A stretch of DNA of 64,000 nucleotides from Dictyostelium discoideum (taxonomy: Eukaryota): the NCBI GenBank assembly GCA_000004695.1, contig CM000154.2, positions 4,384,001 to 4,448,000 on the forward strand, given 5' to 3'. The notes under the pieces are model-generated. The model saw only the letters and a list, made by a program, of their open reading frames with translations. It did not search any database and was not told the DNA's origin. Position numbers and translations under genes: made by a program. Shown here in pieces: positions 40,632 to 55,641 of this stretch (within the stretch, counting starts at the first letter, position 1; each line of letters opens with the position of its first letter).

Positions 40632-42532
40632 ATGACACAAACTCAATTTCAAGTAGTAATTTTAGCAACTGATAAAGCATCAGGAAATTCTAAATTAGAA
40701 CCAATTGATGCTACAATCCCACATTCATTATTACCAATTGCAAATAGACCTTTAATTTCATATCAATTAGAATTCTTAGAGAAAGCTGGTTTTGAAAGTA
40801 ATAATCACATCATTAATAATAACAATAATAACAATAATAATTGTTTTGTTATTGATATCAATACCAATCATCTGATAATAATCATCATAATTATTATTTC
40901 TTACTAATTTTTTTTTTAAAAAAATATTTATATTTATATATAGCTAAAAGTGAACCAGTCATTATTGTAGTTAATGAAACATCTCAAGAAAAGATTAAAC
41001 AATATGTATCAGAAATTTATAAAGGGAAAATTGAAGTTGAATTCTTTGTTTTAAAGGATCAATTAGCAACTTGTGAAATTTTATATAGAATTAGAGATAA
41101 AATTAGAGTAATTATTTATATATAATTTTCATCCACAACAACAACAACAATAATAATAATAATAATAATAAAAATAATAATTAAAAAAAAAAAATTGAGA
41201 AAAAGTTTGGAAAAATAATAAAATAATAGTAATAATATTTCAAATACTAATTAATATATATATGTATATTTATCAATCAATAAATCCAATAAATCAATAT
41301 TATTATTATTAATAAATCAACAATAAAATTTAATTTTCAATTATATATGTAAATATAAAGTTGGAATATTTTATGGTATTAAATGCAAATTTAGTTTTAG
41401 AGGATACATTCATTAGACAAATGGCAGATTTACATAGAAAAGAAGAAAGTTCACTTACAGTTTTATTAAAACCACCAACTCCAAAAGTTGAACAAAAAGG
41501 TAAAGGTGCAACTGAAACATCAACTAAACAAGATAAACTCTTTACTGATTATATCGCTTTAGAAGAGAAATCTCAAAAAATAGTAATGATGGAACCTGCA
41601 ACTGAAGTTGAAGAAGATTTAAACTTTAATAAATCATTATTAAAATAGTAATATTTATAATTTAATTATATCTATATTATATATATAATGAATATATAAC
41701 AAATAACTAACCAATTAAATTAATTTATTAGTTTCCCAAATGTAACGATTTATACAAATTTACAAGATACTCAACTTTATATCTTTTCAAGATGGGTATT
41801 AGATTTAATTATTGAAGATCAAAAAGAAAAGTATCCATTATTCTTTGATATTAAAAAACATTTAATTCCATATTTATTATCATGTCAAATTCCAAATATT
41901 AAACGTAAGAGAGCATTACCAGCAAGTGCATTCAATCAAAATCAAACACTCTCTCAAACTATGTCATCAACTACCTCACCTTTTGATCAATTCTCTGAAT
42001 TAAATGCTCAAAAGAATAAAACAATTAAATGTTTTGCTCATTTATTAAAAAAAGAAGGTTATTGTATGAATGTAAATACAATTAAAAATTATCAACAAAT
42101 TAATAGAGATGTAAGTTTTAAACAATTTTATATTTAATATATTTATATTTATTATTTTAATTAATAAATATCATATTTATTTATTTATTTATTTATTTAA
42201 AAAAGATTGCAAAAGGTGATTTACAATATCTACCAAATGAACCAAAATCAGAAAAGAACTTTTTTATCGATCCAACAGCAAATGTTACAATTACTCAAGT
42301 TGGTCCACAATGTGTAATTGGTACAAGTACAACATTGGGTGCTAAATGTAGTGTTAAATTCTCAATCATTGGTAAACATTGTAAAATTGGTGATGGTGTT
42401 CGTATTGAAAATTCAATCATTATGGATCATGTAATCATTGAAGATAGATGTGTTATTAATAGTTCAATCATTTGTAATGATGTTTATATTAAATCTGGTT
42501 CTTCAACTGTTGGTCAATATTTAACAAAATAA
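40632..42532 (+). CDS. eif2b3: Translation initiation factor eIF2B gamma subunit. Exons are 40632..40797, 40944..41107, 41361..41647, 41732..42110 and 42206..42532.
   Basis: ATG at 40632. The N-terminus FQVVILATDKASGNSKLEPIDATIPHSLLPIANRPLISYQLEFLEKAGFE is collinear with human EIF2B3 (FQAVVMAVGGGSRM...[31 protein letters not shown]). Donors are GTAATA at 40798, GTAATT at 41108, GTAATA at 41648 and GTAAGT at 42111. Acceptors lie at 40943, 41360, 41731 and 42205, and phases 1, 0, 2, 0 are all consistent. The last exon is left-handed beta-helix hexapeptide repeats (GAKCSVKFSIIGKHCKIGDGVRIENSIIMDHVIIEDRCVINSSIICNDVYIK), typical of the eIF2B gamma/epsilon C-terminus. Total length is about 440 aa, close to the human 452. 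Confidence 0.7.
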
Positions 42533-42906
42533 AATAATAATAATAATAGAGTAAATTAATTAAATATATAAAAATAAAAAATAAATAAATAAATTGTTTT
42601 TATAAATATAATTGTTTTTTTTTTTTTTTTTATTTATTTAAATAAATAATTTAAATCTTTTTTGGTATTTCATTTTTTTAAAAGAAATGGATATTGTATA
42701 TATATATTTTTTTTTTTTTTGTTTTTTTTTTTTTTATTTATCTGTTTTTTTTTATCTTTTTTTTTTATCACTTTTTTTTTTATTTTATTTTTTATATTTT
42801 TTTTTTTTATCTCTTTTTTTTTATCTTTTTTTTTATTTGTTTTTTTTTTTTTTTTAAAAAATGTAAATTTTTGTATTCTATTCTAATTTTTTTTTTTTTT
42901 TTTTGT

Positions 42907-45500
42907 TTACATTTTATCCCAAGACCAAACTTTAAGATTACTAGCTAATGAACCAGTAAATAATTGATTTTGATTTCTCCAAAGACAAAGAATTGAAGAT
43001 CTTGTATTGAGAGAAGCTAAATTTTCGTATTTATCATGACTGAAAACTTGTAACCAATCACCGCTACCTGCAAAGATACCTTGATTAGTGACGTGAAGAG
43101 TTTCAACACGATCCTTACATTTGATGGTATTGACGCAACGTGTAGTTTTAAGATCCCAAATTCTAATAGTTTCATCATGAGAACCACTGTAGAGCATATT
43201 GTTATGAGCGTAAAGTGTTTTGACCCAACCTTCATGACCTTGGAAATTGGTGAGAATAGTACCAGTAGCTAAATTCCAAACGTAAATTTGTTGATCATTT
43301 GAGCCAGAGAATAAGAGATTACCCATTGCGCAAACCGATTTAATGGCACGAGTATGACCTGATAAAGTTTTAACGCATTCATATGATCTCATATCCCAAA
43401 CTTTAACGGTTTTATCGTTGCAACCAGTGTACAATAGATTGTCTTGAATGAAAATGGTATTGACTTCGTTGGATTCTTTGATCTCTTTGATGGTTTGTTG
43501 AGTGTTGATATCCCATTCCTTAACCAAAGAGTCTGCACCTGCTGTCAAAATATTTTGATCGAAACCTGGACGTTTAATGACTGCTCTAATCGATTTACCA
43601 TGTGCTTTAATGTTGGTAACATGTTTCAATTCAACAGCATCCCAAACACCGATTTGGCCATCATTTGAACCACTATATAATCTTAAACTATCACCAGTGA
43701 TACATTCTGATTGTAAACCTCTAACTGTATCGATATTCTTTATTGATGTTAAATCCCATTTTTCAAATTCTGAACGATCTGGTGTTTGTTCCATTGATGA
43801 TGTTGATGTCGATTCTGGTGTTGGAACATTCGATGATGATGTTGACGATGCTGATGCTGCTGCTGATGATGGTTGAATTGGTTGTTGTGGTGGTGGTGAA
43901 TTTCTAGAAACTTGAATTGAAATTGGTGCTGCATTTGTAGTTGATGATGATGAAGATGATGAAGATGATGATGATGATGAAGATACGCTACTACTATTAC
44001 TGTTAACACTACTACTATTGCTACTATTATTTATATTATCATTATTATTATTATTATTATTACTATTATCATTGTTACTGCTGATGCTACTATTATTATT
44101 ATTTATATTATCTTGTTCTAATTTTACATTACTATTTTCTTTTGGTGGTGATACAGGTGATTTATTTACTACATTTGATTGTGAAGGTGTTTTTACAATT
44201 TGAGGTACAGGTTTTGAAGTTGGTGAAGAAGGTGATTGCTGTTTATGTAAATTATTACCAGATGGTTGTTTAACCAATGGTGGAGAAGGTTTACTTTTTT
44301 GTTGTTGTTGAGCTCTAATTCTTTCCAATTGTTCTTGAAGCATTTTCTCTTCATCATCTAATGAGATTGGTTGTTGAGCACCACCACCATTTCTAAAGTA
44401 ATTCATATCGTAGTTATTCTTTGGACCACTACCATTACCATTCAACCCGATTGCATCATGGAAATCCATTAATTGTACGACGGGTAATGTACCTCTTAGG
44501 AGGGCTTTCTTTGATTGATTGATTGGTTTCAACTTTAAAAAGTCACAAACTGGATTACACTTGTGTGTTTGAAGGAATTTGTGGAAACCCGTCTCGCCCA
44601 AATTACCCTCGCCAAAGCCCTCGCCTGATTTCGTATGAATTTGAGGATCAGTGTAGAAATCGTTGACACCTTGGATATCAACGATCAACAATTCATGATT
44701 GGAGAGTTCGTATGAGAAATGAGAGAATGATTGTGGTGTATTTCTAGCATCACTACTAACGTAACCACTGTTGTTGTTATGTTTCTTGTAATCTCCCTCA
44801 ATGAATGGTTCACCACCACAAACTGGATAAGGTGGTGGATGATCAATCAATTCGTAAACGTATGATGGTAAGAATGTAATTGGTTTTGGTGGTTTCGCTT
44901 CATTGAATTTCTCTGCCCATTTAGCACAAAATGTTTGCATCAATACATCTGTAAAGTATGAATCTCTTGTCGTCTTTTTATTGGTTGAAAATTTACCAAC
45001 TAATCCTTGATCTGGTTGACTCCAATCCTTTAATTTATGTGCTGTTCTACAACTACCCTTTGCAAATGGAGTCTTCTCAATTGAAACACATACAATACTA
45101 TGTGTCCATTTTGGTTTTAAATCATCACCAATTGTTAATTCCCATCTTTTTTTTTTAATAATAAAAAATAATTATTAGTAAATTTAATAATAAAAATTGA
45201 AAAAAAATTGAAAAAAAAAAAAATTAAAAAAAATTAAAACCATACTTTATTGCTCTTTCACATTTTGTACCTGCAATAACATCGGCAACTGGGAATTTTT
45301 GATTTAATAATGCCAAAGCTGTCATTTGAAAAATAAATAAATAATAATAATAAAATTTTAGTTTTATTAGTAATTTGTTCAACTTTTTTTAAAAAAAAAA
45401 AAAAATAGGTTTCTATGTAGTATAAAAAATATAAAATAAAATAATATTTATTTAAAATTGATAATTTACCTGCTGCTGCTCCTGTTTTTTTTTCTTCCAT
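42907..45500 (-). CDS. Alpha-kinase/WD40 protein of the myosin heavy chain kinase (MHCK B/C/D) type. Exons are 45500..45470, 45318..45246 and 45145..42907.
   Basis: ATG at 45500 gives MEEKKTGAAAG|GTAAAT (phase 1). The acceptor gacAG at 45320-45319 leads to ALALLNQKFPVADVIAGTKCERAI, then the donor AA|GTATGG at 45245 (phase 2) and the acceptor aaaAG at 45147-45146. Exon 3 begins KWELTIGDDLKPKWTHSIVCVSIEKTPFAKGSCRTAHKLKDW... and continues to ...DIQGVNDFYTDPQIHTKSGEGFGEGNLGETGFHKFLQTHKCNPVCDFLKL, the alpha-kinase catalytic domain including the GNLG and CN..C motifs. A Ser/Asn/Gln/Pro-rich linker follows, then seven WD40 repeats (GSNDGQIGVWD, GCNDKTVKVWD, GSNDQQIYVWN, GSHDETIRIWD ...). Stop at 42907. 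Confidence 0.75.
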
Positions 45501-47444
45501 CTTTTTTTTTTTTTTTTTATATTTTATATTTTATTTGATTATCTATATGTATTTTATTTTATTTTATTTTTTTTGTTTTTTTATTTTTTTATATATATTT
45601 ATATATATAATATATTATATGTTATTATTTTATATCTATAATAGTAAGAGTAAGAATGTTAGTGGTTTGGATCTCTATAGTATTTAATTTTATTCATATA
45701 ATATATCTAAAGCATAAGTGTTGTTTGTGAGTGTGTGTGTGTGGGTATTTATAATTATATTATTTTTATTTTAATTATTTTAAAAATTTTGCGCACAATG
45801 GGGGTGGTAATTGTATTGTTTTACTTTTTATTTTTATTTTTTTATTTTTTTAATTATTTGTAGATCTTTAATCGATTAAAAGATAAACAAAGAGGGTGTT
45901 TGGTGGAAAAAAAAAAAAAAAAAAAGTTTTATTCTATTTTTTTTTTTTTTTTTTTTTTTCTATTCTCTTTTTTTTTTTTAATAATACAATAATTTATGTT
46001 TTTTTTCTTTATAATTTTTTTTTTAAAAAAAAATTGTTTAAATAATAATACAATAATTAATGATAATAAAACAAAGTATAGTTTTTAATGAACTAAATTT
46101 TATTATTATTATTTTTTGAGGAGTGTGGGGTGTTTGATTATTTTTGTTAAAAAAAAAAAAAAAAAAAAAAATTTTAAAAAATTGATTTTTTTTAACACAA
46201 AAAAAAAAAAAAAAAAAAAAAGAAAAATAAAAATAAAAATAAAAAAAAAATAAAAATATCAAAAAACTTTTTTTTTAAAAACACATTGAGGGTTTTATGT
46301 GATGGAGAGAAACAACAATGTGTGTGTTGTCAATTTATTTATTATAAATTATTTTTGATGGGTAATGATTACAATAATGAGTGGTATCCTAAAAATATCA
46401 TCATTTTATTTTTATTTTGTTTTTGTTTTTATTTTATTAAAAAAAAAAAATAATTAAAATAATAATTAAAAATAAAATAATAATTAAAATAATAAAAATA
46501 AAAAAAAATTTTTATTTCACTTATTTTATGTTATTTATGTTATTTTATGATATATTATATTTCTATAGGTTATTTTATTTATTTCCAAAAAAAAATTTTA
46601 AATGTGGGGATAAAATAAAAAATTGAATAAAAAAAAAAATTAAGTGAATAAAATTTGTGAAATTCTTTGATAATATATATTTTATAATAATAATAATTAA
46701 TAATTATTATTATTATTTTTAATTTTTTTTATAAACCATAAAAGAATGATTTTTTATTTTACTCTTATTTTATTATTTTTGTCCAATTATTTATTTATTT
46801 ATTTATTTATTTTTTATTTATTTATTTGAAAACCTACAAAAGAAAAAAAAAAAAAAAAAAAAGAAAATGCGATTATCTCTTTTATAAATAACCTAATAAT
46901 AATGAGATATACATATGATATGATTTTTTTTTTTTTTTTTCTTTATTTTTTTTTTTTTTTTTTTTTTCTTTTTTTTTTTATTTTTATTTTTTTTTTTTTT
47001 ATTTTCATTTTATTTGAAAACGGAGGCCAAATATAACTTTTTTTTTTTTTTTTTTTTGAATTTTTTAATTTTTAATTTTTTAAAAAACTTTTTATCGTTG
47101 TTTCCATTACCAAAAAAAAAAAAAAAAAAATAATAATAATTCAAAGATTGATTAAATAAATAAACATTTTGTTCAGTTTAAATTATTTGTGAAAGTAAAA
47201 AAAAAAAAAAAAAATAAAAAAAAAAAAAAAAAAAGATCTTTTCATTTTCAAAAAATTAAATGTGGGTGTTTTAATTTATCACAAATATTATTTTTTTATT
47301 TTTATTTTTTTATTTTTTTTATTTTTTTTTTTACTTTCACATTATGTTATGTTAAAACATAACCTTATTGGATACATATATACATGTAATATCATTTTTG
47401 TAGGATGTCAAAAAGGACAAATATTTACAGATATGACTGTACAT

Positions 47445-47490
<46 letters not shown>

Positions 47491-47512
47491 TTTTTTTTTT
47501 TTTTTTTTGGGT

Positions 47513-47559
<47 letters not shown>

Positions 47560-47660
47560 CACATATCGTCTTATTTAAAATTACACGCAATACCTTTTTT
47601 TTTTTTTATTTTTATTTTATTTTTTTTTATATAAAAATTTATTTAGAATTTTAAATACAA

Positions 47661-47822
47661 ATGGCAAGAACAGTTACAAAGGAAGAAGTTGCTAAACATA
47701 ATACTCGTGATGATTGTTGGTTAATCATCCACGGAAAAGTAAGAATCTATTTTTAGCAAAAAAAAAAAAAAAATAAAAATAAAAAAAAAAACGAATTGGG
47801 GTTTTCAAAATTTTTTAAACAA

Positions 47823-47887
<65 letters not shown>

Positions 47888-47946
47888 TAACTATTTAAAA
47901 TTTTATTAATATTATAATAATAATAATTATTTATTTATTTATTTGT

Positions 47947-48003
<57 letters not shown>

Positions 48004-48254
48004 ATTTTGTTTAAAAAAAAAAAAAAAAAAATTTTAAATGTAAATGGAATTAATAGGTTTATGATTGTAGTAAATTCCATTCACTTCACCCAGGTGAAGG
48101 TATTAATGATCAATATATCGCAGATCATGCAGGTAAAGATTGTACAGATTTATTTGAAAAATTCCATAATAATGACGAACCATTTGAAATGTTAGAAAAT
48201 GCACAAGATGGCAAACAAGAAGGTATAATTTATATTGGCGAATTAGAAGAATAA
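47661..48254 (+). CDS. Small cytochrome b5-like heme-binding domain protein of 91 aa. Exons are 47661..47738 and 48057..48254.
   Basis: ATG at 47661 gives MARTVTKEEVAKHNTRDDCWLIIHGK|GTAAGA (phase 0). A 318-bp intron follows, containing an A-tract of about 60 and a (TTTA)n repeat. The acceptor aatAG at 48055-48056 leads to VYDCSKFHSLHPGEGINDQYIADHAGKDCTDLFEKFH..., the cyt-b5 core (HGKVYD..KF...HPGG) with HPGEG in place of HPGG. Stop at 48252-48254. Confidence 0.75.
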
Positions 48255-48333
48255 ACAATAAAAAAAAAATTATAAAATTGAAATTATATATATAAAAAAA
48301 AAAAAAAAAAAAAAAAAAAGTTTATTTATTTAT

Positions 48334-49549
48334 TTATTTATTAAATTTTTCAAAAAGAATTTTATCAACTTGTTTATAAAGTGGATTTTTCTCTAAAAGA
48401 TCTTCATATTCAGTACCTTTAATATATGTTGAATGTTGATCTAATAATACCAATTCTCTACAACCAAAAGTACGACCTTGAGCAATGAAACCTTCAAAAG
48501 GAAGAAACCAAATTTTTGGATCCGATTCCATTACAGAGACAACGATGGTTTTGGTGGGTGACAAGGGGATGAATCTCCAAGCATGGAAGAATATATCAGG
48601 ATGAGAGAATTGTTTTGGTAATGGTGGAAGTTCGTAATCGGATTGTCTATTATTTGCACCATTCACTGCAACGATTACACTACCATCTGGAAGAGTGTAA
48701 GTTAATGTCCAGCAATAGGCAGCACGATTAAATAGAATGAATCTACTTAACACCGAAATGATACTAACTAGTTTGGTTCCTTTATAATCATCCAATCTTG
48801 TTATATGTTGGTACCACTTCCATGTGTTAAAAAGTTGAAGTTCTTCCACTCTTAATAACAAGTTTTTAATTGGCTTATCGATTACTTTTATAAATTTTCT
48901 TGCTTTTAATTGTCTACCATTATGTTTATAGGAATAGGTCACACTTTTATCATCACCAGACAACTCTTTTTCATTAACCCATGCATCTTCACTAAAGAAT
49001 GCATTCATTAAATCTTTTAATTGAATTGATTCTTTCATTAATACTAATATTTCTTTATTTTCATTTATATAATCATTAATTGTTATATAATATAAATCTA
49101 AAAAAAAAAAAAAAAAAAAATTAATTAATAATTAAATATTTATATAAATAAATTAATATAAATAAAATATATGTATTTTTTTTTTAAAAAAAATAATCAC
49201 AATTCTTTTTATAATTACTTTTATTTGATTTTAATTTTTCAATAGTTGTTAAAATTTTAAGAAATTGAACTAATGCTTCATAATGATTTCCAGATAATTT
49301 CAATAAAAGACAATTATCAATTTGACTTTTAAATTTTGATGGATCTGGTATTTCTTTAATTTCTTCTAAAAACATTTCCCAACTATATCCATTATTTAAT
49401 TTACTCCATCTATTTAAAACATTTGTTGGAAATTCAATTGAACCACATGAATTGTTATTATTACTATTAATTTTATTTTTTAAAAATGCATAAGCAGCTC
49501 CTGCACCAATTAAAGATGCAGTAATAGTAGATAAATTTAAATATTCCAT
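48334..49549 (-). CDS. Hypothetical protein with an N-terminal transmembrane anchor. Exons are 49549..49201 and 49097..48334.
   Basis: ATG at 49549 gives MEYLNLSTITASLIGAGAAYAFLKNK..., a hydrophobic anchor. The donor T|GTGATT at 49200 (phase 1) joins the acceptor tttttAG at 49099-49098, with the junction codon t+at = Y leading to LYYITINDYINENKEILVLMKESIQLKD.... Phase and frame agree with the downstream 234-aa ORF. No confidently recognisable domain; the C-terminal part may have a START/SRPBCC-like fold. Confidence 0.5.
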
Positions 49550-49550
49550 A

Positions 49551-49616
<66 letters not shown>

Positions 49617-50267
49617 TTAATTATTGAATTGATTAATTTAAAAAATAAAAAAATTTAATATTATATAAAAAAATTATTGAATAGAAAAAAAAAAAAAAAA
49701 ATTTAAAATATAAAATTTAATATTCAAATAAAAAAATTTAAATAAAATATTTAAAAAAGGTAATTTCATTTTATTTTATACATTATTTAATTGTTTTTTT
49801 TTTAAATTATTATTTTTTATATTAAAATGAATCGTCAAATATAATTCTATCAATTCCATTTTTGTTTATTCATGGTAATTTAAAATTACCACATGCATTA
49901 TTATTTTGAAAAATTATCTGTTATGGTTCTATCAAAGAATTGTATGAAACCCCTTTTTTATTTTTTATTATGGATTATTAATATTCTTTTTTAAAATATT
50001 AAATGTTTCACTGTATTTGGTATAAATAATAAAAGACCACTTTTAAAGATAATTATGTATTTTATTTCATTTTTTATTCTAAATTCATTCAAAAACTATA
50101 AGGATATGATATTGAAATTTTAATTTTTTTTTCTATTGTAATATATAAAACCTTCTCAAATTGTTATTTAAGATTTAGCCAATGCAACTGTCTTATTTTT
50201 AAAGATTAAAAAAAAAATAAAAAAAAAAAAATCAATTTTTAAATTATTTAATTAATTTCATAATCCC

Positions 50268-50299
<32 letters not shown>

Positions 50300-50528
50300 A
50301 ACAAAACTCGATATTTGTTTTTTTTTTTTTTTTTATTTTAAATTTAAATTATAATTGTAATTTTATAATATTATTATATTTTTAAAATAGTACTATTTAA
50401 ATTGGTAAGCTGTTTTTAATATTAAATATCCATGTCAAACAAATTTGTTTTTTCATTAAATTTTTTTTATTTTTTTTTTTTTTAATTTATTTATTTTTTT
50501 ATGCTTCAGTAAACAAAATACCAAACAC

Positions 50529-50572
<44 letters not shown>

Positions 50573-50906
50573 AAAAAAAAATAAAATTTAATCACCACAT
50601 GCAATTAAATGACATTTTTTGTTTAATTTAATAAATAAAAATTTTTGACCCCTTCCTTTCCAAAAACATATCTAATTAAAAAAAATATTTTAAATATTTT
50701 AAATAAAAATAAAAAGGATAAAAAATAATTCCTAAAATCAAATAATTACACTATAATTTTTAATTTTTTTTTATTTCCACTTTAAAAAAAAAAAAAAAAA
50801 AAAAAAAATTTTTTTTATTAAATTGGAAATTATTTTTATAAAAATGGAAAAATAAAGGGGGAGGTTAATTTACATTTTTTTAAAAAAGGGGTTTTTTTTT
50901 TTTAAA

Positions 50907-51006
50907 NNNNNNNNNNNNNNNNNNNNNNNNNNNNNNNNNNNNNNNNNNNNNNNNNNNNNNNNNNNNNNNNNNNNNNNNNNNNNNNNNNNNNNNNNNNNNN
51001 NNNNNN
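50907..51006. other. Assembly gap (100 N).
   Basis: Run of exactly 100 n characters. Confidence 1.
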
Positions 51007-51269
51007 TTCTTTTTATTTTTTTTAATTTTTTTAATTTTTTTTTTTTATTTTAATTTTTTTTTTTTTTTTAGAAATCTGGTGATTTCTTGTGATGAAAAAA
51101 AAATCAAAAATAGTTGCAAGATATTTTTTATTTTTTTATTTTTTATTTTTTATTTTTTTTTTTTTTTTTTTTTTTTTCACAAATTTAATTTTAAATTACA
51201 ATCTTATTATATTTGTTTTTTTTGGTTTATTTATTGCTTTATTTATTTCTATATTCTTTTATTTAAACC

Positions 51270-53847
<2,578 letters not shown>

Positions 53848-54039
53848 TAAAAAATATATAATAATTTTATTGCAATCCTATATGCATTCTTATCAAAGAT
53901 TTAAAAATTAAAATTAAAATTAATCAATAAAATACACATACTATTGTTTTTGGTTCAACTGAAATATACATTATCTCATTTTTTTAAATTTTTTTTTTAT
54001 TTTTACTTAGATTAATCTTTTTTTTTTTATTATCTTTAA

Positions 54040-55610
54040 TTAGTTATTGTTATTATTAATATTTTTTAAAATGATTGATTCATTAATTTCCCAATCTTGA
54101 TGATTATAAGAACCAATTGAAGTTAATAATTCTTTTGTGCTATTTGACATTTTGAATAAACTATTGATTTTAAAATTTGATACCATTAAATTTTGATTAT
54201 CGTGAATGTGGAATGTTGAATATCTTTTGGAAGACATTCCATTTGATTTTGAAACTAATTCAATCCATTCTTGGTAATCAATCTCTTTGCAATTGTAATT
54301 ATTTTCTAAAAATTTATAAATTGATTTCATTTCAATTGAATTACCATTTAAACTGTAAATTGAAATTGGTTTTGATTTATTTTGATTCCAACTGTTTTCA
54401 TTGAATATTAAATCGATTGTGGTTTTAGCTATAGTTGTAACTGGAGTTGTGAAAATTGATTTATAAATATTTGGATAATAACCAATCTCTTTTGAAGTTT
54501 TTAATAAAAGTGATACGAAATCATTTGAATGACCTATACCTGTTATTGGATTTGAGAATATATCTGTATTTATTATAATAATAATAATAATAATAATAAT
54601 AAAATGTTTATTTTATTAGAATCTATAAATTAAATATTAAAGGTTTATCATATATGATCTATATTTATTAATTACATACCAGGTGGTCTAATAATGATTG
54701 ATGGTATACCTCTTGATTCTGCTGCGTTTGTTAATAATTTCTCTGAAATAACTTTACATTGAATATATCCAATTGGTGTAGTATCAAAATTTGGTAATAT
54801 ATTTGTTTCTTCAAATTCTTCTCCATCTTTAAAAGGATGATTAATAAATACTGCAATTGATGAAAAATGAACTATTAACTTTTGTGAGCTATTATTTGAA
54901 ACTGATAATTTTACAATTTGATTGACGCTGTTAACATTTACAGTTTTACTTTCTTCGTAGTTTGATTTTAAATTTAAATCTGCTGCTGAATTTATAATAA
55001 TATCACATTCATTTGATAGTTTTAAATAATCTTGTTCAGTTAAACCAAATTTATCTTTTGAGATATCACCAATCATTGGAATGATTTTAATTAATTGATC
55101 TTCACTTATTTGTTTATAATATTCACTATTTTCAATATTACTTAATTTATCATTTGATATATTACCTGTATGATTGATTATTTTTGTTAATCTTTGATTT
55201 GGTGATTCTTTGTTCATATTTATTAATTGATGTTTCTTTAAATTATTAATAATTACATCGATTGGATTTGTTAATTTTGAATTATTTCTTATTAAACAAT
55301 AAATTTTTGATATATTGTTCATTTTAATTAATTCTGTTAATAAATATGCACCCAAGAATCCTGTTGAACCTGTTAAGAATATTGATTTACTATTATTACT
55401 TTTATTTAATATATTTTTAATTGAATATGGTCTTGAAATGATTGATTCATTTAATTTCATTTCATTTTTAATAAATTCATCAAGTGATTGTTGTTCTTTT
55501 TTAACCAAATTATTATTATTATTGTTATTTTTATTATTATTAATATTATTATTAATATTATTATTATTTTTATTATTATTATTATTATTATTCTTATTAT
55601 TATTATTAAT

Positions 55611-55641
<31 letters not shown>

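Noticed and set aside
43749-44009. Minus-strand His/Gln-rich ORF (MLTVIVVAYLHHHHHLHH…) and several plus-strand small ORFs between 43017 and 44203.
   Set aside because: They are alternative-frame or antisense readings of the Ser/Asn-rich linker and WD40 region of the MHCK-like gene; the real frame carries conserved alpha-kinase and WD40 motifs.
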